This document shows positions 1-7,137 of a stretch of DNA of 64,000 nucleotides, piece by piece (the stretch's first letter is position 1; each line of letters begins with the position of its first letter). This DNA is from Muribaculaceae bacterium (GTDB taxonomy: Bacteria > Bacteroidota > Bacteroidia > Bacteroidales > Muribaculaceae): contig BLLX01000003.1 in assembly GCA_011959405.1 (NCBI GenBank), forward strand, positions 1,017-65,016, in the 5' to 3' direction. The position numbers and the translations under genes were made by a program. The notes beneath the pieces are model-generated. The model saw only the letters and a list, made by a program, of their open reading frames with translations. It was not told the DNA's origin and made no database searches.

Positions 1-131
1 TCCTCTGTCACTCTCGCTTCTGCTTCTGTGAAAGAGAGTGCGTCGACCATGAAAGTGTCGGTGACTTTCTTCTGGAGACCGTTTTCTACGATTTTATGGT
101 ATGTGACTTTGCATTCAAACCAGTTTGCCAT
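1..131 (-). CDS. DUF4494-like protein, N-terminal fragment (gene runs off the left edge)
   Basis: Absent from the ORF track because it is truncated. Reverse-strand translation from the ATG at 131 gives MANWFECKVTYHKIVENGLQKKVTDTFMVDALSFTEAEARVTEE, which matches the N-terminus pattern I recall for Bacteroidales DUF4494 proteins. Confidence 0.55.
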   Translation of the reverse strand, partial: MANWFECKVTYHKIVENGLQKKVTDTFMVDALSFTEAEARVTE

Positions 132-167
132 TGTTGTGGATGTATATAAATAAGTGGTTTAGGAAAC

Positions 168-201
168 AAGGACTTTAAGGGTTTGTGCCCTTAAAGTCCT
201 T
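168..201. terminator. Perfect 14-bp hairpin (aaggactttaaggg / cccttaaagtcctt, 6-nt loop) downstream of the MFS gene
   Basis: Inverted repeat read directly from the sequence. The T-run (ttttgg) lies only on the + side, so the direction of function is uncertain. Confidence 0.5.
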
Positions 202-240
202 TTGGTTATTTCGTGAGATGGATTGTCAGTCTGAGATTTT

Positions 241-1893
241 TCAGGCTGCGCTGTCGTCGCGTTTGCTCACTTTGCTGCCGATAAGGGCGTAGAAGAGCAG
301 GTATGCGGCGCATGCCACCAGAACCCAGTATGATGAAAGGTAGCCGAAGCTGTCGGCAATGCCTGCCTGGATAGGCAGGATGATGCCGCCGCCGCACACC
401 ATCACCATGAAGAATCCTGAAGCTACGGCTGTGTATTTGCCGAGACCTTCGACCGCGAGGTTGAAGATGCCGCCCCACATCACAGAGGTGCACAGACCGC
501 AAAGAACGAAGAACAGAATATTGATGGGTACCTCAAACATTCCGAACGAGAGGGATCCGCCGTCGGACGAGAAGCCGGGTGCGCTCACTGTGGTGGCGGG
601 ATCGGCGAATATGCCGGCCAAAATAAGAATCAGAGACAGTGAAGCAACTCCTGTGAGCATTGCGCGGCTGGAGATTTTGCCGCCTACCACGCCGCCTACC
701 AGACGGCCTATGAGCATCATGAACCAATACATGCCCACAAGAGCACCTGCAATTGCCGCGCCGATACCGAGACCGGGCTTGATGTCGCCGTTTACAATGG
801 CTTGTGCTGCTTCATATTCATCAACCGTGATCACTTTCTTGTCACAGCAGTCATTGCCGGTGCACTTGGCTGATTCTTCCTGTGCGGTGGCTTCGGCTAT
901 GCCTGCGGCCGACGGATCGGCCATTTCAGTAGAAGCGGCTATGAAGCCTTCTTCTTCGTGGTTGAGGGCTTCGGTTGCTGTTTCTTCAGCTTCGGCGGTA
1001 GCAAGTTCTTCAGCTACAACGGCAGCCATGGGGTCGACAGTTTCCGCTACTGTGTTCTGTGCTTCGTAGAGACGGATGGTCTCCTGGGCCTGTTCGGTTG
1101 TCTGGGCTGTCATGTAGACGTTGGCGATCTGGGGAATGCCGATTTCGATGCCGATATACAGGAAGATGGCAATGGCGCCGAGCACAAAGTGGCGGAAGCC
1201 GAGCGCGCCACCGAGCGAGGGAGCCGCAGCAGCGGCCTTGCCGGCAGCTTTGTTGGCCTTGATTTCGTCAAGAATGGGCTCGGGGAGTTTGGCGAGAGCG
1301 AGCACCACGAATGCAAGCAGGAACACGCCGCCTGCCACATAGAGCGCGGGTTGGGCGTCGATCAGCGATGTCTCTTTGCTGACGTTGCCGATGAGGATAC
1401 CAACAAAGATCGGGCAGATGGTGGCTGCCAGAGAGTTGAGGGTGCCGCCGAACTGGATCAGCTGGTTGCCGGTCTTGCCGCCGCCGCCAAGAGTGTTGAG
1501 CATCGGGTTAACCACGGTGTTGAGCATGCACATGGAGAATCCGGCTACAAGGGCGCCTATGAGATAGATGGTGAAAATAAGCTGCTGGCCTTCGACAAGC
1601 GACGACAGGAACATGATCACCACGCCGACGAGACCGACGAGTACTGCTGATATGGCTGAGAATTTATAGCCTTTGCGCTGGAGAAGAATGCCTGCCGGTA
1701 TGCCCATGATGGCGTATGCAATGAAGTTTGCTGCGGCACCGAGCTGGCTCTGGAAGTTGCTGAGTCCGAGCTGGGCTTTAAGGATCACGCCAAATGGGTT
1801 TTGGAATCCGGTCACGAACGAAATCATCGCGAACAGGAAAAACATTACCACGATAGGCAATGTGTAGTTCGGTTTACGAGTCTGAGTACTCAT
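241..1893 (-). CDS. MFS sugar transporter, glucose/galactose (GluP/FucP-like) family, with a large loop insertion
   Basis: 550-aa ORF with 12 predicted hydrophobic segments. It shows FucP/GluP-like motifs (GIPAGILLQRKGYK; MYWFMMLIGRLVGG). It is about 100 aa longer than typical family members. Confidence 0.8.
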   Translation of the reverse strand: MSTQTRKPNYTLPIVVMFFLFAMISFVTGFQNPFGVILKAQLGLSNFQSQLGAAANFIAYAIMGIPAGILLQRKGYKFSAISAVLVGLVGVVIMFLSSLVEGQQLIFTIYLIGALVAGFSMCMLNTVVNPMLNTLGGGGKTGNQLIQFGGTLNSLAATICPIFVGILIGNVSKETSLIDAQPALYVAGGVFLLAFVVLALAKLPEPILDEIKANKAAGKAAAAAPSLGGALGFRHFVLGAIAIFLYIGIEIGIPQIANVYMTAQTTEQAQETIRLYEAQNTVAETVDPMAAVVAEELATAEAEETATEALNHEEEGFIAASTEMADPSAAGIAEATAQEESAKCTGNDCCDKKVITVDEYEAAQAIVNGDIKPGLGIGAAIAGALVGMYWFMMLIGRLVGGVVGGKISSRAMLTGVASLSLILILAGIFADPATTVSAPGFSSDGGSLSFGMFEVPINILFFVLCGLCTSVMWGGIFNLAVEGLGKYTAVASGFFMVMVCGGGIILPIQAGIADSFGYLSSYWVLVACAAYLLFYALIGSKVSKRDDSAA

Positions 1894-1948
1894 GATTTAG
1901 CTGAAATGGTTAGAAGATTTTTTTACTGGTAAGAGGGTTAATATATTT

Positions 1949-1967
1949 CAAAATTACGGCAAAGATA
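1949..1967 (-). promoter_or_regulatory. Two adjacent Bacteroides-type -7 boxes (TAATTTTG at 1949-1956, TATCTTTG at 1960-1967) for the MFS gene
   Basis: Reverse complement matches TAnnTTTG, 55-66 nt upstream of the ATG at 1893. Confidence 0.55.
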
Positions 1968-2092
1968 GCGAATATTGTCCACACGGACAATAAAAAAATC
2001 AATTACGGTGATTTTTACGCTTATTTAATATGGAACGGATGCGAAGGCGGTAGAAATTAGACAAATAATTTCTGAGATTGGTGAAAAACATG

Positions 2093-2100
2093 TAATTTTG
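2093..2100 (+). promoter_or_regulatory. -7 box TAATTTTG, the only TAnnTTTG match upstream of the 2451 CDS
   Basis: Exact TAnnTTTG match. It lies about 350 nt upstream of the start codon, which implies a long leader. Confidence 0.45.
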
Positions 2101-2363
2101 CCGTCAGTTACGGGAGGGGTGTTACTAAAGAGTCAACAGCTCCCCGTGATTTATATCACCAAAAGGGTGTTATTCGACGTTTTATCTTCTCTATTCAAAC
2201 TTGCCCGTTAGAATTCTCGTGAAGATGATCCGGACAATAGCACCCACTCCGATAGATTGTTACTCCCTGTCATTTTGCTATGATGTGGGGAGATAATATA
2301 CCTATCTGGTGTGGGGCTGTTGTTCTCATTCACGAGATAGGTAAGGCAAGACCGGAATAGGGG

Positions 2364-2399
2364 GTGAGGACAGAGAATGCAATCCTCACACCTTTTTTT
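2364..2399 (+). terminator. Intrinsic-terminator/attenuator-like hairpin inside the leader of the 2451 CDS
   Basis: 7-bp stem gtgagga/tcctcac (2364-2370 / 2383-2389) with a 12-nt loop, then acc followed by seven T (2393-2399). Confidence 0.5.
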
Positions 2400-2450
2400 A
2401 TGTCTTGCCATGTAGAGGATTGGGTGGCGCAACCGATCTATCACACTCCT

Positions 2451-4553
2451 ATGTTAAAAAAATTACTTATGATTGTGGCATGTGTCAGTGTATTTTCAGG
2501 GCTGATGTATGCAGACACCGACGTGGTGATTGACTTGTCTGGTATAACTCAAAAAAATGCTTCTACGGATGTCAACAATGGGATTACAGTGACAAGTACC
2601 CGTAAAAGTCAGTCTGTTACATATTATACAGGTGGACAACTAAGATTTTACAAAGGAGACGGATTGACAGTGAACTCTATATCTGACAATATTGTAAAGG
2701 TAACATTTACGTCGGCTGAAACCTCCAAAAATACGCTTGATGGACTTATCTCGGATCAAAATGGCGTTATCGCTTCTGCAGGCAATACAGCACAGCATGC
2801 AGAGTTCAGCGTTTCATCACCAGTTGATCAGTTTTCGTTTATAAATACCGCACAAGTTCGTATTAATACTATGACTGTGACTATTGCCGACGGAGGCACT
2901 GTGACGGAAACTGTTGCTGCGCCGGTCATTTCTCCGGCCGATGGCTCGGAGTTGAGTGAAGGGAACAATACTGTGACGATCGGCTGTGACACAGAAGGTG
3001 CTACGGTCTATTATACTATAGACGGCTCAGTGCCTACGGTTGAGTCCGATATGTATTCCGCTCCTTTCCAGCTTACATCGTCCGCAACAGTGAAGGCTAT
3101 GGCAGTGAAAGATGGGATGAATAATAGCCCGGTCTCTTCTGTAACGTATGTTTATAGGGTGCAGGGAGTGTTTTCTCTTGTTACCTCGGAAGATGAGCTT
3201 GTGGCTGGAGACATGTATATAATCGCCGCTGCTGAATTCGATATGGCCATGGGCAATGCTGTAAAGAAGAATAACAGGCCTGCCGTAGCTGCCGTTAAAT
3301 TCGGTAATAATATTGAAAATCCGTCTGATCAGGTGGCTTGGGTACAGCTTGTTAGACAAGATGCTGGCTGGGCTTTGAAAGTGACTAATGGAGATCTGTC
3401 AGGTCAGTATTTGTACAATCCAGTAAATGATAAGAATTATTTGGAGGGTGCAACCGAGATAAAAGCGGTGGCTACTATCGTGGTGTCTGATGCTGGTGTG
3501 GCAACCGTTAAGTTTACCACCAATATCTCCAAAAACTGGATAAGATATAATTCGTCAGGTGATTTGTTTTCATGTTATGGATCCGGTCAGAGTGATATAG
3601 CGCTTTATCGCAAGGTGTCGGAGACGTCGGCGGTAGCCACACCAGTCATCGTGGCCGATGATGAAAATAATGTGACTATTTCATGTGAGACGGAAGGTGC
3701 GTTGTTATATTACACCATTGATGGATCCGCACCTACCGACCGGTCTATTCCATATCAGCCGTTCAGCGTGGATCGGACCACTACGGTCAAGGCCATAGCA
3801 TATCTCGGCGAGGAGAGTTCGGCAGTGGCCACGCTGGAGGTCAAGGTGCCTGAAATGATGTCGCTTGCAGAATTCCTTGATCAGAAGCCTGCGGATAAGG
3901 TGCGGGTAAACGGTCCGCTTACCGTGATATATCAGAATGGCGACTATATGTATGTCACCGACGGACAGGGTAGCAACGTGCTTTGTTTCGGTGCTGTCGA
4001 CGATGTGTATGTCAACGGAAATACGCTGCAATATCTCTATGGCAGGTATGATGAGTTTAAAGGTTTGCCGGAGCTGGCCGGACCGGTGTGCGGTCCAAGA
4101 GGAGAGGATGCCGGTGAGGTGGAGCCGCAGACAGTCACATCGCTGGCCGATATGAGCAGGTATGCCCTCAATTCATATCTGACTCTGGGAGCTGTAGGCA
4201 TTTCCGGAGTTAAAGAAAACAATGCTGTCTTTACCGATTCTGACGGCAATACTTACAATGCATATCTTAACAGCAACTACGGTGTAGCATATCCTGATGA
4301 TCAGACAGTGCGATACTATGTGACAGGATTTACGTCGGTTTATTCAAACGGCAAGGATGTCAGCCTGCAGTTCACTCCGGTCTCTTTTGTGGATGAAGGC
4401 ACTGCTACAGGCATTGTCGAAATCTCTTCTGACAATGACGCAGAATGCGAGACCGTGTGGTTTACCATAGGCGGGGTCAGGGTGGAGAGTCCGACAGTGT
4501 CCGGTGTATATGTCCGGGTTCAAGGCTCCAGAGCTGAGAAAGTGATCCTGTAG
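2451..4553 (+). CDS. T9SS-secreted protein with two chitobiase/beta-hexosaminidase C-terminal-like (CHB_HEX_C) repeats
   Basis: Signal peptide MLKKLLMIVACVSVFSGLMYA at the ATG at 2451. The ORF-track start at 2364 is a GTG inside the hairpin. The motif TxxIxCxTEGAxxYYTIDGSxPT occurs twice. The C-terminus (VWFTIGGVRVESPTVSGVYVRVQGSRAEKVIL) resembles a T9SS type-A CTD. Confidence 0.7.
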   Translation: MLKKLLMIVACVSVFSGLMYADTDVVIDLSGITQKNASTDVNNGITVTSTRKSQSVTYYTGGQLRFYKGDGLTVNSISDNIVKVTFTSAETSKNTLDGLISDQNGVIASAGNTAQHAEFSVSSPVDQFSFINTAQVRINTMTVTIADGGTVTETVAAPVISPADGSELSEGNNTVTIGCDTEGATVYYTIDGSVPTVESDMYSAPFQLTSSATVKAMAVKDGMNNSPVSSVTYVYRVQGVFSLVTSEDELVAGDMYIIAAAEFDMAMGNAVKKNNRPAVAAVKFGNNIENPSDQVAWVQLVRQDAGWALKVTNGDLSGQYLYNPVNDKNYLEGATEIKAVATIVVSDAGVATVKFTTNISKNWIRYNSSGDLFSCYGSGQSDIALYRKVSETSAVATPVIVADDENNVTISCETEGALLYYTIDGSAPTDRSIPYQPFSVDRTTTVKAIAYLGEESSAVATLEVKVPEMMSLAEFLDQKPADKVRVNGPLTVIYQNGDYMYVTDGQGSNVLCFGAVDDVYVNGNTLQYLYGRYDEFKGLPELAGPVCGPRGEDAGEVEPQTVTSLADMSRYALNSYLTLGAVGISGVKENNAVFTDSDGNTYNAYLNSNYGVAYPDDQTVRYYVTGFTSVYSNGKDVSLQFTPVSFVDEGTATGIVEISSDNDAECETVWFTIGGVRVESPTVSGVYVRVQGSRAEKVIL

Positions 4554-4756
4554 AAAAAACACATGATTTCTGCTCTGTAGCGGGAGTGTCCGGACAAAAT
4601 TTCATACACTGTGTGCCGATCTGCGTCGCGATGACGCGGTAAGGCCGATTCTACGGACACTCCTTGCGCAGAGCCTGTTGACGCGAAAGCTGTCTGACGG
4701 ATATTAAGCTGTCGGACAGCTTTCGTCCGTCTGTTGCAAATATCTGCGAAATTCCA

Positions 4757-4764
4757 TAACTTTG
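4757..4764 (+). promoter_or_regulatory. -7 box TAACTTTG
   Basis: TAnnTTTG match 28 nt upstream of the ATG at 4793. Confidence 0.55.
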
Positions 4765-4792
4765 CGTGATTGCAATCAAAGATATTAAGGAA

Positions 4793-5476
4793 ATGAATAA
4801 GCTGATACCGATATTGCTTGCGGCTTTGGCGCTTATGGCTTTCAGGGAGCCGGTCAAGCCCGATCTGCAGATGATAAGGTCGGAGGTGACAAATCCCGAT
4901 TCAAAATATTATTATCCTAAACTTATGGCTGAATATGAGCGCAACGAGACCATTCAGACATGGGAGGACTATCGACATCTGTATCTCGGGGCCTTGTTTC
5001 AGGAGGATTTCAACCCTTACCGCCGTTCGGCATACGCCGGTCTGATAGAGGAGCTGTACTATAAATCGCGTCATTCGCGCTCGGAATGTGATTCTATAAT
5101 CAAATATGCCGAGTTGTCGCTTCAGGACAATCCGTTTGACCTGCGCCAGATTAATTTTATGATCTATGCGTTGCGAGAGAAGCAAAAAAACAATGTGGCC
5201 AATATCTGGCAGTTCAGGCTTAACCATCTGCTTGAGGCCATAGTGACCACCGGCACCGGCACGTCGGCCGAGAGCGCGTGGTATGTGATAAATCCTCAGC
5301 ATGAGTACTATGTGCTGAACATGATGGGTCGGGTGGCAAAGAATCATGAATTTCTGTCGCCGGGCCTTGACCACATCAGTGTTGTGCCAAAGGACGATAA
5401 GGATACGGTGAGCTATTATTTTGACGTTCGCCATATTCTTGATGAGTACTACCGGAAGTTTCCGGAAGAAGAATAA
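4793..5476 (+). CDS. Secreted hypothetical protein (DUF4919-like)
   Basis: Signal peptide MNKLIPILLAALALMA at the ATG at 4793. The ORF-track GTG at 4766 sits only 1 nt downstream of the -7 box. The pattern YYYPKLMAEYERNE..EDYRHLYLGALFQEDFNPY recalls DUF4919. Confidence 0.55.
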   Translation: MNKLIPILLAALALMAFREPVKPDLQMIRSEVTNPDSKYYYPKLMAEYERNETIQTWEDYRHLYLGALFQEDFNPYRRSAYAGLIEELYYKSRHSRSECDSIIKYAELSLQDNPFDLRQINFMIYALREKQKNNVANIWQFRLNHLLEAIVTTGTGTSAESAWYVINPQHEYYVLNMMGRVAKNHEFLSPGLDHISVVPKDDKDTVSYYFDVRHILDEYYRKFPEEE

Positions 5477-5559
5477 TCCTGCAGAGCGTGTATGGCTTTC
5501 CGGGATTTGAGAGAGATGTATAACCAATAAAATTCAATAATAATCAAAACAATAAAACT

Positions 5560-6183
5560 ATGAGCGATCAGAATTTCGATCGAATAAGCTATGCTCTGGG
5601 TTTGAGCATGGGCAACAATTTTCGTGCGTCGGGCATCGAGACAATAAATGTGGCTGATTTTGCCGACGGCGTTGCAGCGGTCTTTTCAGGCAAGGATCTC
5701 AAAATGACATACGATGAGGCTAAGGAGGAGATACGCAAATATTTCACCGCCATGCAGGAGCGCCAGCAAGCCGAAGCCGCCAAGGTCGGAGAACAGAACC
5801 GTAAACTCGGCGAAGCCTATCTGGCCGACAATGCCAAACGTCCCGGAATCGTGACAACAGCCAGCGGTCTGCAGTATGAAGTGCTGACACAGGGCGACGG
5901 TCCCGTACCTGCGGCTACGGATCAGGTGAAAGTACACTATACGGGCCGTTTGATCGACGGCACTGTGTTTGACAGCTCCGTGGAGCGCGGCGAACCTGCT
6001 ACTTTCGGTGTCACTCAGGTGATCCCCGGATGGGTGGAAGCACTGCAGCTCATGCCTGTAGGTTCGAAATGGCGTCTGCACATACCTTCGGCTCTTGCAT
6101 ACGGTCCTAATGGCGCCGGCGGCGTGATCGGTCCGGATGCCACTCTGATTTTTGACGTTGAACTGCTTGAAATTGTAAAATGA
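5560..6183 (+). CDS. FKBP-type peptidyl-prolyl cis-trans isomerase (FklB-like)
   Basis: FKBP domain GLQYEVLTQGDGPVP..VKVHYTGRLIDGTVFDSS..VIPGWVEALQLMPVGSKWRLHIPSALAYG with no signal peptide. Confidence 0.9.
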   Translation: MSDQNFDRISYALGLSMGNNFRASGIETINVADFADGVAAVFSGKDLKMTYDEAKEEIRKYFTAMQERQQAEAAKVGEQNRKLGEAYLADNAKRPGIVTTASGLQYEVLTQGDGPVPAATDQVKVHYTGRLIDGTVFDSSVERGEPATFGVTQVIPGWVEALQLMPVGSKWRLHIPSALAYGPNGAGGVIGPDATLIFDVELLEIVK

Positions 6184-7100
6184 CTATGAAACATATTACT
6201 ATCGCCGCTGCCGCTTTGGCTGTGTTGTGCGGAGCTGCCGCATGCACTTCCGGCAACAAGAATGCCGAAAACGCTACTCTTACCGAGATGCTGAGCGGAA
6301 ATCTGGAGAATGCGACCTCTTTTTCTGACTCGCTTGTGGCTATAGAAGGTGCTTTTATCGGCGGATTTTTTAATTCACAGCTTCAGAATCAGGATGCAGC
6401 AAAGCCCGTGAACAAGGCCGAGTTTATCCGTGGACTGAAAGATGCCCTGAAGTGCGACACTGCCGATATGAGCTATGTGTACGGATTCAATTCCGGCAGT
6501 CAGGCCCTGCAGACATATATACATGCTGCGCAGAATGAAGGAGTGAGCCGCGAAGCATTTGCCAAGGCTCTGCTTCAGGCTCTGAGTCTGGATTCTGTCA
6601 ATTCCGGTGAACTGATGGCCATACGCAATCAGTTTGACATGATGGAGCGTCAGATGGGCATACGTGCCGAACAGCGTGCCAAGGATGCCGCCAAGGCAAC
6701 CAAGGAAGGGCAGGAGAATATAATGCTCGGCGAGACATACGTTTCAGGCCTTGACAAAAAAACGGAATTCGTCAAAACGGAGTCAGGGGTGTATCAGCAT
6801 GTCATCACTCCAGGTTCGGGTGAGACTCTGGATCTCAATCAGCGTGTGATGGCGTCGTACACAATATCCCGTCTCGACGGCACTGAACTGAGCTCGACCA
6901 CACAGCCCCGCATGCTGTATGTGGCTGCTCCGTCGGCCGGGGCCTTGCGCGGGGTGCTGCAGTTGATGAAGCCGGGAGAGACATCTGAATTCTATGTGCC
7001 CTATCAGCTGGCTTACGGCGAACTCGGCAACCAGGCTGCCGGTGTCGGACCGTGTGAATCGCTTCTGGTGCGAGTGGCTGTTGAGCCGGACACTAAATAA
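6180..7100 (+). CDS. FKBP-type peptidyl-prolyl isomerase lipoprotein (divergent)
   Basis: Lipobox LCGAAAC and a C-terminal FKBP-like domain (GVYQHVITPGSGE...FYVPYQLAYGELG). A 4-nt ATGA overlap with the upstream FKBP gene suggests translational coupling. Confidence 0.75.
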   Translation: MTMKHITIAAAALAVLCGAAACTSGNKNAENATLTEMLSGNLENATSFSDSLVAIEGAFIGGFFNSQLQNQDAAKPVNKAEFIRGLKDALKCDTADMSYVYGFNSGSQALQTYIHAAQNEGVSREAFAKALLQALSLDSVNSGELMAIRNQFDMMERQMGIRAEQRAKDAAKATKEGQENIMLGETYVSGLDKKTEFVKTESGVYQHVITPGSGETLDLNQRVMASYTISRLDGTELSSTTQPRMLYVAAPSAGALRGVLQLMKPGETSEFYVPYQLAYGELGNQAAGVGPCESLLVRVAVEPDTK

Positions 7101-7137
7101 CTTTGACTTTATACATTAATTAAACTATCTATATATC

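Noticed and set aside
359-1650. Several + strand ORFs (359-1069, 958-1650 and others) inside the MFS transporter gene.
   Set aside because: They are antisense to a well-supported 12-TM transporter and have Pro/Arg/Ala-rich nonsense-like translations.
2215-2337. Considered whether the 9-bp inverted repeats flank an invertible promoter (a Bacteroides-type inverton).
   Set aside because: The arms are only 9 bp, there is no TAnnTTTG box in either orientation between them, and no recombinase gene lies nearby. The nested complementarity fits an RNA or DNA hairpin better.
2208-2444. A 78-aa minus-strand ORF in the long intergenic region upstream of the 2451 gene.
   Set aside because: It has no promoter box and no recognisable features, and it overlaps the predicted structured leader. 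The region is better explained as non-coding RNA or regulatory DNA.
2364-2450. N-terminal extensions offered by the ORF track. The extended starts are 2364, 4766, 14075 (minus strand), 15078, 24417, 49988 and 50679.
   Set aside because: The extended starts are GTG or TTG codons, or they precede an obvious signal peptide or conserved N-terminus. Several would place the promoter box or the upstream gene's coding sequence inside the ORF. I chose the downstream ATG starts instead.
4583-4663. Checked whether the 81-nt element with 10-bp terminal pairing is a tRNA or tmRNA-like gene.
   Set aside because: It has no T-loop GTTC motif, no cloverleaf arm spacing and no CCA-compatible acceptor geometry on either strand.
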